From positions 1 through 51,280 of the forward strand of contig DATFPJ010000032.1 in NCBI GenBank assembly GCA_035264865.1: a stretch of DNA of 51,280 nucleotides, given 5' to 3'. Below, in pieces: positions 1 through 8,565 of the stretch; positions within the stretch are counted from its first letter, which is position 1; each line of letters begins with the position of its first letter. Both the position numbers and the translations under genes were made by a program. The stretch is from Solirubrobacterales bacterium. Lineage in GTDB: Bacteria > Actinomycetota > Thermoleophilia > Solirubrobacterales > 70-9. Under the pieces are notes generated by a model. That model ran no database searches, was not told where the DNA came from, and was given only the letters and a program-made list of their open reading frames with translations.

Positions 1-25
1 CGCCGAGGGCGGGACGGCCACGGCC

Positions 26-31
26 TATACT
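26..31 (+). promoter_or_regulatory. candidate -10 hexamer (TATACT) upstream of rpmH
   Basis: TATACT lies 33 nt upstream of the rpmH ATG, in the context CCTATACT. The same CCTATA(A/C)T context recurs at 5145 and 26352. Confidence 0.3.
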
Positions 32-64
32 GCCCTGCCTCCCGCCCCCGGAGCGGCTCTCGAG

Positions 65-199
65 ATGAAGCGGACCTACCAGCCGAAGAAGCGCAAGCGA
101 GCCCGTACGCATGGGTTTCGTGCCCGCAGTCGGACACGATCCGGCCGCGCGATCCTGAGGCGCCGGCGCCAAAAGGGCCGCAAGCGCCTCACTCCCTGA
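65..199 (+). CDS. rpmH: 50S ribosomal protein L34
   Basis: 44-codon [50 protein letters not shown] 65, TGA 197-199. It is too short for the ORF track. Canonical L34 sequence, followed by rnpA. Confidence 0.95.
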   Translation: MKRTYQPKKRKRARTHGFRARSRTRSGRAILRRRRQKGRKRLTP

Positions 200-203
200 C
201 GCC

Positions 204-602
204 TTGGCCTCCAAGGGCCGCCCCGAAGCGCGCCGCCGCCGCCTGTCTCGCAGCGGCGACTTCGACCGGGTCTATCGCGAGGGCAGCTCGCGGGCGAACC
301 GCTTCCTGGTCGTGCACTCCTTCGCCCGCGGCGACGAGGAGCGCGCGGACGGTTCCCGGCTGGGCCTCTCCGTGGGCCGCAAGATCGGCAAGGCCGTCAC
401 TCGAAACAAGGTGAAGCGGGCCGTCAGGGACGCCTTCTGGGAGCTCTCGGACCGCCTCGAACCGGGCAACGACTACGTGATCGTGGCCCGCCCGGGCGTC
501 GAGGGGCTGCTCGAGCGGGAGGGCCAGGAGGCCCTGCAAGCCTCCCTTGCCGAGCTGCTTCAGGCTCAAGCTGAGCGTGAGGGTGAGGAGCGTTTGTCGT
601 GA
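204..602 (+). CDS. rnpA: ribonuclease P protein component
   Basis: Track ORF with TTG start. Basic protein with the [10 protein letters not shown] and [15 protein letters not shown] motifs, in the conserved position after rpmH. Confidence 0.85.
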   Translation: MASKGRPEARRRRLSRSGDFDRVYREGSSRANRFLVVHSFARGDEERADGSRLGLSVGRKIGKAVTRNKVKRAVRDAFWELSDRLEPGNDYVIVARPGVEGLLEREGQEALQASLAELLQAQAEREGEERLS

Positions 603-605
603 AAC
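592..605. other. parS-like half-palindrome GTTTGTCGTGAAAC (12/14 to GTTTCACGTGAAAC)
   Basis: The right half-site matches the consensus perfectly; the left half has two mismatches. It sits at the rnpA/yidD junction, about 3 kb upstream of parAB. Confidence 0.25.
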
Positions 606-937
606 GGTTGCTCTTCGCGCTGCTGATCGCTCCGATCCGCGTCTACCAGCGCTGGATCTCTCCCGCCCTCGGCCCACGCTGCCGCTACTACCCCACCTGC
701 TCGAGCTATGCGATCCAGGCGATCGACGAGCTCGGACCGCTCCGCGGGTCGATCCTCGCCGCCTGGCGCCTGCTGCGGTGCAATCCGTTCAGCAAGGGGG
801 GAATCGACGAGCTCGCCGACCGGCGTCTCTTCCGCGGCCACACGGGGCGCTCCGAGCACACGCATTCCCCATCGCCGCGAGCCGCGAGCACCGCACTCAC
901 ACGGACCGGCGGATCCCGCCGCCCCGATCTGACATAG
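599..937 (+). CDS. yidD: membrane protein insertion efficiency factor YidD (with C-terminal extension)
   Basis: GTG start overlaps the rnpA stop (GTGA, 599-602). Contains the motif [23 protein letters not shown]...[10 protein letters not shown]. Confidence 0.85.
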   Translation: MKRLLFALLIAPIRVYQRWISPALGPRCRYYPTCSSYAIQAIDELGPLRGSILAAWRLLRCNPFSKGGIDELADRRLFRGHTGRSEHTHSPSPRAASTALTRTGGSRRPDLT

Positions 938-946
938 AACTCCACC

Positions 947-1696
947 GTGTTCCTGGACGCCAACATCCTCCAGCCGCTGATCGATGTCTTCAACGACATC
1001 ATCAAGTGGCTCCACAACGACCTCGGCATAGCCTGGGGCCTGTCGATCGTCCTGCTCACCTGGCTCTCGCGGCTGGTCGTCCTGCCGTTCACCCTCCGCT
1101 CCATGCACGGCATGCGCGAGATGCAGGCGCTCCAGCCGTATCTCAAGGAGATCCAGGAGAAGTACAAGGACGATCGCCAGCGGATGCAGCGCGAGCAGAT
1201 GGCGCTCTTCCAGGAGCACGGGGTCAATCCGCTCTCGGCTTGCCTGCCGCTCGTCTTCCAGTTCCCCGTCTTCATCGCGCTCTACTCGCTGCTGCGCAGC
1301 AGCACCTTCAAGGACGAGCTCGTCCAATCCGGGGACCCTGGGTGGCTGTTCGTCAACCACCTCGGCGAGCATCCCACGGGCGTGGAGGCCGTCGTGCTGG
1401 TCGTGCTCGCCGTGGCAGGCACCTTCGCGCTGATCCTGTTCAGCCCCACCCCGCAGACGGGCGGCAACACCCAGCGCTACATGTTCGCCGGGATCTTCTC
1501 CCTGTTCACGGTCTTCTTCGTGCCGACCGCTCCGGCGGGGATCGGCGTCTACTTCATCGCCACCGGCCTCTGGCAGATCCTCCAGCAGACGGTGATCCAC
1601 TTCGTCTGGCCGCTGCCTTCGGTGCCCACGCCGGAGGAGGTCCGGGCCACCAAACCGCCTCCTCCGCCGCCCCGGAAACGCAAGCGGCGTCGGTAG
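947..1696 (+). CDS. yidC: membrane protein insertase YidC (short form)
   Basis: GTG start. Shows LSRLVVLPFTLRSMHGMREMQALQPYLKEIQEKYKDD...QEHGVNPLSACLPLVFQFPVFIALY, typical of the YidC/Oxa1 core, with a basic C-terminal tail. Confidence 0.9.
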   Translation: MFLDANILQPLIDVFNDIIKWLHNDLGIAWGLSIVLLTWLSRLVVLPFTLRSMHGMREMQALQPYLKEIQEKYKDDRQRMQREQMALFQEHGVNPLSACLPLVFQFPVFIALYSLLRSSTFKDELVQSGDPGWLFVNHLGEHPTGVEAVVLVVLAVAGTFALILFSPTPQTGGNTQRYMFAGIFSLFTVFFVPTAPAGIGVYFIATGLWQILQQTVIHFVWPLPSVPTPEEVRATKPPPPPPRKRKRRR

Positions 1697-1745
1697 GACT
1701 CTTCGGCCCCGCGCCGACGGCCGGACGCTCGTAGACTCCCGGCCC

Positions 1746-2246
1746 GTGGCCGAAGGAGGAGTCGAGTCGCCGCAGCCCACCGTGCTGCCGGAGGAGCCGG
1801 CGGAGCGCGTTCGGGCGCTGCTGGAGAGGATCGTCGAAGAGCTGGGCCTCGAGGCGTCCGTCGCCGTCGCCGAGGCCGACGAGGAGATCCACGCGGACAT
1901 CGAGGGAGAGGACGTCGGCCTGCTGATCGGCCGGCACGGCCAGACCATCGACGCGATCCAGCTGCTCGCCTACCAGGCCGCCTTCCGGGGCCGCCAGGAC
2001 CGCAAGCGGGTCACCGTCGACGCCGCCGGCTACCGGCGCCGCCAGGGCGAGTCCCTGCGCCGACGAGCGGACATGGCGGCCGAGGACGCGATGCGGCACG
2101 GCGAGGCAGTCGAGATGGACCCGATGAGCTCCAACGAGCGGCGCGTCGTCCATGAGCACCTCCGCGATCGCCCCGAGATCGAGACCTACAGCGAGGGCGA
2201 CGAGCCCAACCGCTACGTGGTGATCGCACCGCTCGTCTCGGATTGA
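1746..2246 (+). CDS. jag: Jag/KhpB-type RNA-binding protein (KH + R3H domains)
   Basis: LLIGRHGQTIDAIQLL is KH-like, and ERRVVHEHLRDRPEIETYSEGDEPNRYVVI is R3H-like. Conserved position after yidC. Confidence 0.8.
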   Translation: MAEGGVESPQPTVLPEEPAERVRALLERIVEELGLEASVAVAEADEEIHADIEGEDVGLLIGRHGQTIDAIQLLAYQAAFRGRQDRKRVTVDAAGYRRRQGESLRRRADMAAEDAMRHGEAVEMDPMSSNERRVVHEHLRDRPEIETYSEGDEPNRYVVIAPLVSD

Positions 2247-2908
2247 ATCCCGCCGAGCCCGCCCTCGAGACCCTGATCGAGCTCCTCGGCGACCCCCGCG
2301 CCCCAGTCGCCGCCTCGACCGTGAGCCGGGCCCGCGAGGTCCACATCGCCGACTCGCTGGCCGGGCTGGAGATCGAGCCCCTTCGCACCGCTGGGCGCGT
2401 CGCGGACCTCGGCAGCGGGGCCGGCCTGCCGGGGCTGGTGCTCGCCGCCGAGCTGTCCGGCGCTCGCTTCGACCTGATCGAATCGGTGGGGCGAAAGTGC
2501 GACTTCCTCCGGGAGGCGATCGCGCGCCTGGAGCTGGTCAACGCCCATGTCGTCTGCGAGCGCTCCGAAACCTGGGCCGAGGGAGGGGGGAGGGAGGCCT
2601 ATGGCGCCGTCACGGCCCGGGCGGTCGGCGGCCTCGCGGAGCTCGCGGAGCTCGCCTCGCCGCTGCTCCGGGAGGGCGGCGTGCTGGTCGCCTGGAAGGG
2701 CGCGCGATCCGAGGACGAGGAGGCCGAGCTCGCCCGAGCGGCGCCGGCCCTGGCGATGGAGCCGGTCGAGATCCGGCCCGTGGCCCCGTATCCGGGCAGT
2801 CGCGAGAGACACATCCACCTCCTCCGCAAGAATGGCCCCACTCCGAACGGATTGCCGCGCCGGCCGGGCATGGCGGCAAAGCGGCCGTTCGGGTCCGGAA
2901 AGCTCTGA
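2243..2908 (+). CDS. rsmG: 16S rRNA (guanine527-N7)-methyltransferase RsmG
   Basis: TTG start overlaps the jag stop (TTGA). Contains the SAM motif VADLGSGAGLPGLVLA and IESVGRKCDFL. Conserved position before parA. Confidence 0.9.
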   Translation: MNPAEPALETLIELLGDPRAPVAASTVSRAREVHIADSLAGLEIEPLRTAGRVADLGSGAGLPGLVLAAELSGARFDLIESVGRKCDFLREAIARLELVNAHVVCERSETWAEGGGREAYGAVTARAVGGLAELAELASPLLREGGVLVAWKGARSEDEEAELARAAPALAMEPVEIRPVAPYPGSRERHIHLLRKNGPTPNGLPRRPGMAAKRPFGSGKL

Positions 2909-2921
2909 GACGAACGTTCGA

Positions 2922-3701
2922 ATGGGAACCGTTTACGCGATCGCCAACCAGAAGGGTGGAGTCGGCAAGACGACGACCGCCGTCAACCTCGGCGCGTGCG
3001 TGGCGAGCGGAGGCCGCCAGACGCTGATCGTCGACCTCGATGCCCAGTGCAACGCTACGGTTGCGCTCGGCCTCTCGAAGGATCACACGCCGTCGGCCTA
3101 CGACTGCCTGGTCGGTGAGGTCTCGGTGGCTGAGGCGGCCCGCCCCGCCGGCCCGGACAACCTGTGGATAGTCCCCGCGCATGTGGACCTCGCCGGAGCG
3201 GCGGTGGAGCTGCCGCGCTACGACGGCTACGAGACTCGCCTTCGCGACGGCTTGGGCCCGGTCCGGGAGCGCTTCGCCTGCACCCTGCTCGACTGCCCGC
3301 CCTCGCTCGGTCCCGTCGCGGTCAATGCGCTGGTGGCGGCCGACAAGGTGATCGTCCCCGTCCAGGCGGAGTACCTGGCCCTCGAGGGCCTGGTGCAGTT
3401 CCTGGACACCCTGAAGCTCGTCCAGCGCGAGCTCAATCCTTCGCTCGACATGGCCGGCGTCCTGATCACGATGCACGACGACCGCACCCGGCTGGCCCAG
3501 GACGTCGAGCGCGAGCTCCGCGACCACCTGCCGGCCCGCGTCTTCGAGACCGTGATCCCGCGAAGCGTCCGGGTCGCCGAGGCCCCCAGCTACGGCATTC
3601 CCGTCTCCGAGCACGATCCCAGGTCGACCGGCTCGCGCGCCTACCGCGAGCTGACCGACGAGGTCCTCGCCCTGGGCGCCGCCGACCGGGAGGCCGCCTG
3701 A
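2922..3701 (+). CDS. parA: chromosome partitioning ATPase ParA/Soj
   Basis: Internal ATG of track ORF 2547..3701. The N-terminus MGTVYAIANQKGGVGKTTT carries the deviant Walker A. The upstream part of the track ORF is a shadow of rsmG. Confidence 0.9.
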   Translation: MGTVYAIANQKGGVGKTTTAVNLGACVASGGRQTLIVDLDAQCNATVALGLSKDHTPSAYDCLVGEVSVAEAARPAGPDNLWIVPAHVDLAGAAVELPRYDGYETRLRDGLGPVRERFACTLLDCPPSLGPVAVNALVAADKVIVPVQAEYLALEGLVQFLDTLKLVQRELNPSLDMAGVLITMHDDRTRLAQDVERELRDHLPARVFETVIPRSVRVAEAPSYGIPVSEHDPRSTGSRAYRELTDEVLALGAADREAA

Positions 3702-4561
3702 TGGCCGAGCGGCGCCGTGGCATGGGGAGGGGGCTCGCCGCGATCCTGCCGGAGAGCGCGGCCGGGGGCCCCGAGCTGCGCGAGCTGGACGTCACCAAGA
3801 TCGAGCCGAACCCGGACCAGCCGCGCGCCAGGTTCGACGGCCCCGCCCTGGACGCGCTTGCCGGCTCGATCGGATCCGTAGGCGTCCTCCAGCCCCTGAT
3901 CGTCCGGCCGCTGGACGACGACCGCTACGAGCTCGTCGCCGGGGAGCGCCGCTGGCGGGCCGCGCAGAAGGCCGGCATCGATCGGGTGCCCGCGGTGGTC
4001 CGCAGCTCCCCGGAGGACGAGCGCATGCAGGCGGCCCTGATCGAGAACATGGTCCGCGAGGACCTCAACCCGATCGAGGAGGCACGGGCCTGCGCCGCCC
4101 TGGTGGACGACCTCGGCATCTCCAAGGAGGAGCTCGCCCGGCGGGTGGGCCGAAGCCGCGCGGCGATCTCCAACCTGATCCGGCTGCTCGACCTGCCGGA
4201 CTCCGCTCTGGCGCAGCTGGAGAGGGGCGAGCTGACCGAGGGACACGGCCGCGCGATCCTGCAGGTGTCGGATCAGGACCGCCGCGCGCGTCTCGCCAAG
4301 CAGGCGGCTGCCGAGGGCTGGTCGGTGCGGGAGACCGAGCGCCGCGCAACGGGGGGCACCAGCCGGAAGAGGTCCTCGCCGGGCGGCAGGATCTCGGCGG
4401 AGGAGCGAGCGGCGATGACCGAGGCCGAGGACCTGCTGGGCGCCGCGCTGGGCGCCGAGGTCCGGGTCCGCCGGGCCGGGGACGGCGTCAAGGCCGAGCT
4501 GCTCTTCGACGACCTCGCCGACCTCGAGTCGCTCGCTGGACGGCTTCGGAAGCGCAGCTAG
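3701..4561 (+). CDS. parB: chromosome partitioning protein ParB/Spo0J
   Basis: ATG 3701 overlaps the parA TGA by 1 nt. Starts MAERRRGMGRGLAAILP and contains GERRWRAA and the HTH ELARRVGRSRAAISN. Confidence 0.9.
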   Translation: MAERRRGMGRGLAAILPESAAGGPELRELDVTKIEPNPDQPRARFDGPALDALAGSIGSVGVLQPLIVRPLDDDRYELVAGERRWRAAQKAGIDRVPAVVRSSPEDERMQAALIENMVREDLNPIEEARACAALVDDLGISKEELARRVGRSRAAISNLIRLLDLPDSALAQLERGELTEGHGRAILQVSDQDRRARLAKQAAAEGWSVRETERRATGGTSRKRSSPGGRISAEERAAMTEAEDLLGAALGAEVRVRRAGDGVKAELLFDDLADLESLAGRLRKRS

Positions 4562-4564
4562 AAT
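4559..4564 (+). promoter_or_regulatory. candidate -10 hexamer (TAGAAT) for tRNA-Ile, overlapping the parB stop codon
   Basis: TAGAAT begins with the parB TAG and ends 10 nt before the tRNA 5' end. Confidence 0.4.
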
Positions 4565-4574
4565 TCCCGCCCCC

Positions 4575-5102
<528 letters not shown>

Positions 5103-5144
5103 CGCCGGATTCTCCCACGCCCGTGGAGGGCTTCGGGGCGCTCC

Positions 5145-5150
5145 TATAAT
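5145..5150 (+). promoter_or_regulatory. candidate -10 hexamer (TATAAT)
   Basis: Perfect TATAAT in the 50-nt divergent spacer. It ends 2 nt before GTG 5153, which argues that the downstream CDS starts later, at GTG 5177 or ATG 5186. Confidence 0.4.
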
Positions 5151-5176
5151 CCGTGGCCGACCCCCGAGGAGACCCT

Positions 5177-5677
5177 GTGCAGCGGATGACCATCTATGGA
5201 GTGAGCTTCGACATGGTCGGCAAGCAGCCGATCGTCCTGTTGAAGACCGTGGATGGCAACAAGTTCCTGCCGATCTGGATCGGTCACCCGGAGGCCGCAG
5301 CAATCCTGATGAAGCTCCAGGGGGCATCGACGCCGCGGCCGATGACCCACGACCTCCTCTCGGACGTGCTGGATCAGATGGAGGCCAAGTGCGAGAAGGT
5401 TTCGGTCACCGAGCTCCGGGACAACACCTTCTTCGCCTCGATCACGATCTCGATGAACGGCTCCGAGCTCGAGATCGACTCACGCCCCTCCGACGCCCTC
5501 GCCCTCGCCGTCCGCACCTCGGCGCCGATCTTCGCGGCCGACGAGGTGATCGAGGAGTCGGCGATCGAGTTCGAGGGCGAGGAGGTCGAGGATCAGGAGC
5601 AGGTGGTCGAGAAGTTCAAGGACTTCCTCGACAACGTCACGCCCGAGGACTTCGCCCAGGGCGAGGGCGAGATCTAG
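5177..5677 (+). CDS. bifunctional nuclease family protein (DUF151)
   Basis: Track ORF 5153..5677. Contains IVLLKTVDGNKFLPIWIGHPEAAAI...RPMTHDLL...IDSRPSDALALAVR. GAGGAG at 5166-5171 lies 5 nt before GTG 5177; ATG 5186 is an alternative start. Confidence 0.75.
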   Translation: MQRMTIYGVSFDMVGKQPIVLLKTVDGNKFLPIWIGHPEAAAILMKLQGASTPRPMTHDLLSDVLDQMEAKCEKVSVTELRDNTFFASITISMNGSELEIDSRPSDALALAVRTSAPIFAADEVIEESAIEFEGEEVEDQEQVVEKFKDFLDNVTPEDFAQGEGEI

Positions 5678-5686
5678 CGCCCGCGA

Positions 5687-6637
5687 CTACGCCGGAAGCG
5701 TCGCTTCGCTCGCCGGGCGCTCGCGCGCCGAGGCGAGGATCCGCTCGACCAGCCGGACGAAGTCGATGCCGGCCGCCTCAGCCGCCATCGGAAAGAGACT
5801 GGTGTCCGTGAGCCCCGGGATCGCGTTCACCTCCAGAACCTCCGGATCCTCATCGCCGAGCATGAGGTCGACCCGCGCGAAGCCGCTGCAGCCGAGCGCC
5901 TCGTAGGTCCGGGTGGCGAGCTCCTGGACCCGCTCGGCCTCCGAGCCGGCCAGCTCGGCCGGGCAGACGTACTCGGTGCGGCCGATCTCGTAGCGCGCCT
6001 CGAAGTTGAAGAAGTCCTCCTCACGCGGGATCGCCTCGACCACCGGCAGCGCCTCGCCGTCCAGCATGCCGACGGCCAGCTCGCGACCCTTGACGTAGCG
6101 CTCGAGGAGAACGCGGTCGTCGTAGCTGAAGGCGGCGACCAGCGCCTCCGGCACCTCGTCGCGGCCCGACGCGAACTCGACCCCGAGGGACGACCCCTGG
6201 CTCGCGGGCTTCACGACCAGCGGAAAGCCGAGGCGGTCCTCGATCTCGTCGAGGGTGTCGGCGGCCCCGAGCTCGCGGAAGGCGGTCGCGTTGAACGCCG
6301 CCCAGTCGGGGGTGGGGAGGCCCGCGGCGCGGATCTCGTGCTTGGCCGCGACCTTGTCCATGCAGAGCGCACAGGCGGCGACGCCGGGCCCGGTGTACGG
6401 CAGGTCGAGGATCTCCAGCAGCTCCTGGACCGTGCCGTCCTCGCCGCCTGGGCCGTGCAGCGCGATGAAGACGACGTCGGGACGCTCCTCTCTCAGCCGG
6501 CCGACCAGCTCCGGGCCGACGTCGATGCCGACCGCCGTGTGGCCCAGCTCGCCCACCGCGTCCTCCACCCGCGCGGCCGAGCGCAGCGAGACGGCCCGCT
6601 CCAGCGAGCTTCCTCCCTTGAGCACCGCGACCTTCAT
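5687..6637 (-). CDS. ddl: D-alanine--D-alanine ligase
   Basis: Internal ATG of track ORF 5687..7066. Starts MKVAVLKGGSSLERAVSLRSA, with an ATP-grasp core (LHGPGGEDGTVQELLE, GFPLVVKPASQGSSLG, EVNAIPGLT). Confidence 0.9.
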   Translation of the reverse strand: MKVAVLKGGSSLERAVSLRSAARVEDAVGELGHTAVGIDVGPELVGRLREERPDVVFIALHGPGGEDGTVQELLEILDLPYTGPGVAACALCMDKVAAKHEIRAAGLPTPDWAAFNATAFRELGAADTLDEIEDRLGFPLVVKPASQGSSLGVEFASGRDEVPEALVAAFSYDDRVLLERYVKGRELAVGMLDGEALPVVEAIPREEDFFNFEARYEIGRTEYVCPAELAGSEAERVQELATRTYEALGCSGFARVDLMLGDEDPEVLEVNAIPGLTDTSLFPMAAEAAGIDFVRLVERILASARERPASEATLPA

Positions 6638-8034
6638 CGGCGTCTGGGGATGGGAACGACGTCTCCGCCGGGCTCGTCGTCCTCGGGTGGCGACGCCGGA
6701 GCGGTGCGGTGCTCGCCGGTGATCGTCTCGTAGAGCGCCATCTGCTCCGAGACCACGGCGCCGATGCGACGGATGCCCTCGCGCAGCTCGTCCTCCTCGG
6801 AGGCGGAGAAGTTGAGCCGCATTGAGGACCCACCGCGCCCGTCTACATAGGCAGCTCGTCCGGGAACGAACGCGACGTTCTCGCGCAAGGCTTTCGCAAG
6901 CAGATCTGTGGTGTCGATGTAGTCCGGCAGCGTCGCCCAGAGGAACAGCCCGCCCTCGGGCCGCGTCCAGATCGCCTGCTCCGGAAAGTGGCGCTCCAGG
7001 GCATCGAACATCGCGTCGCGGCGGCTGCGGTAGATCTCGACCAGGTCGTCGATGTACTCGCGCCACCGACCCTCACCGAAGTACTCGCGGACGAAGTACT
7101 GGCTCAGGGTCGAGGTGCAGAGATCGGCCGCCTGCTTGCCGAGGCCGATCTTCTCCAGCACGGGCGGCGGCGCCGCGACCCAGCCGATCCTGATGCCGGG
7201 GGAGAGGATCTTGGAGAGAGTGCCCAGGTAGAGCACGTAGTCGCCCCCGTCGAGGCTGTAGAGCGTGTGCTCCGCTTCGCCGTCGTAGCGCAGCAGCCCA
7301 TAGGGGTTGTCCTCCACGACGAGCACCTCGTGCTCGCGTGCGAGCTCGACGAGACGCTGCCGGCGCTCCGCCGAGAGGGTCACGCCCGCCGGGTTCTGAA
7401 AGGTCGGGACGGAGTAGATGAACTTCGGCCGCCGCCCGGCGGTGGCGAGCGCTGCGAGCAGGGCCTCGAGCTCGTCGAGCCGCATCCCGTCGTCGTCGGT
7501 GCTCACCTGGTGGACGTCGGCCTCGTAGCTGGAGAAGGTGGGCACGGCGCCGGGATACGTCGGCGCCTCGCAGATCACCGGGTCCCCAGGGTTGACGAGG
7601 GTCTTGGTGATCAGATCGATCGCCTGCTGGCCGCCCGTCGTGACGATCAGGTCGTCGGGGTCTGGCGCCATGCCCTCGGCGCCCATCACCTCGAGGATGC
7701 ATGCCTTCGTCTCCTCGAATCCCTCGGTCGGCCCGTACTGGAGCGCCTCGGCCGAGGACTCGTGGGCGATCCGGGTCATCTGGGCGGCGAAGCTGTCGGA
7801 GGGGAAGGTCGAGGTGTCCGGGAGGCCTCCGGCGAGCGAGATCACGTCCGGGCGAGCCGTGATCGCCATCAGGTCGCGCATCGCGGAGGAGCGCATCACC
7901 TTCGTGCGGCGCGCGAACAGCCCCGCGTAGCGCTCGAGGTCGTGCGAGGTCGTGTGGGCACGCCGCCGGCGGGGAGCCTCGCCACGCCCAGGTGCTCCGC
8001 CCGGTCGTTTTTGGGGATCGCTCATCGCCGACAT
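6634..8034 (-). CDS. PLP-dependent aminotransferase, class I/II (LysN/ARO8-like)
   Basis: Contains ISLAGGLP, YGPTEGF and the GTLSKILSPGIRIGW lysine motif. Its stop overlaps the ddl start (ATGA at 6634-6637). The N-terminal start is uncertain. Confidence 0.85.
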   Translation of the reverse strand: MSAMSDPQKRPGGAPGRGEAPRRRRAHTTSHDLERYAGLFARRTKVMRSSAMRDLMAITARPDVISLAGGLPDTSTFPSDSFAAQMTRIAHESSAEALQYGPTEGFEETKACILEVMGAEGMAPDPDDLIVTTGGQQAIDLITKTLVNPGDPVICEAPTYPGAVPTFSSYEADVHQVSTDDDGMRLDELEALLAALATAGRRPKFIYSVPTFQNPAGVTLSAERRQRLVELAREHEVLVVEDNPYGLLRYDGEAEHTLYSLDGGDYVLYLGTLSKILSPGIRIGWVAAPPPVLEKIGLGKQAADLCTSTLSQYFVREYFGEGRWREYIDDLVEIYRSRRDAMFDALERHFPEQAIWTRPEGGLFLWATLPDYIDTTDLLAKALRENVAFVPGRAAYVDGRGGSSMRLNFSASEEDELREGIRRIGAVVSEQMALYETITGEHRTAPASPPEDDEPGGDVVPIPRRR

Positions 8035-8084
8035 CTTGGCGGAAGGAGAGCTGAACGGGGCATCTGTAGCCTCCCGGCCCGACC

Positions 8085-8537
8085 ATGTTCCTCGCCGTCT
8101 GTCAGGGACTGGGACTGGCCATCGCCGCCGGGCTCATCCTCGGAGTGGTCTTCCCGCCCATCATGCCGACCTGGGGGGTCCTCGCGGGCGTCGCCCCGCT
8201 AGGGATTCTCGCCGCGGGAGCCGCTCTGAATGGAGCCGACGAGGCTCTCTGGCCGGCGATCCCGGTCGGGCTGATCGGAGCGGGGTTCGCGGCGGCAGTG
8301 ATGCGGGACGTGGCCTCCGGCGCCGTGCGCCGGCAGCGCGACCAGCTCACCGGGACGGACGTCCAGGCGCCGAGCGGCGTGATCGTGATCGTGGTCATGG
8401 CCGCCGCGGTGATCGGTGTCGTCAGCCTGGTCCTGTCTCCCTTCTCGTTGGTCGTCCTCGCCGCGCTGGCCTGGCTCGCCATCTCCCGCAGGCAGCGGGC
8501 GCAGCGCAAGCACGAGGGCCTCCGGGTTCTCCGCTAG
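8085..8537 (+). CDS. hypothetical integral membrane protein
   Basis: 150 aa with about 4 hydrophobic segments and a basic C-terminus. No family recognised. Confidence 0.5.
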   Translation: MFLAVCQGLGLAIAAGLILGVVFPPIMPTWGVLAGVAPLGILAAGAALNGADEALWPAIPVGLIGAGFAAAVMRDVASGAVRRQRDQLTGTDVQAPSGVIVIVVMAAAVIGVVSLVLSPFSLVVLAALAWLAISRRQRAQRKHEGLRVLR

Positions 8538-8565
8538 TGGACCCGACCGGGGCGGGGTGTTCGTG

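Noticed and set aside
566-1948. 460-aa - strand ORF covering yidD, yidC and jag
   Set aside because: It is antisense to three well-supported genes and its product is Arg/Pro/Gly-rich with no motifs. This is a typical GC-driven shadow ORF.
6638-7066. N-terminal extension of the ddl ORF (track 5687..7066)
   Set aside because: It overlaps the aminotransferase gene out of frame. Ddl homology begins at MKVAVLKGG (ATG 6637).
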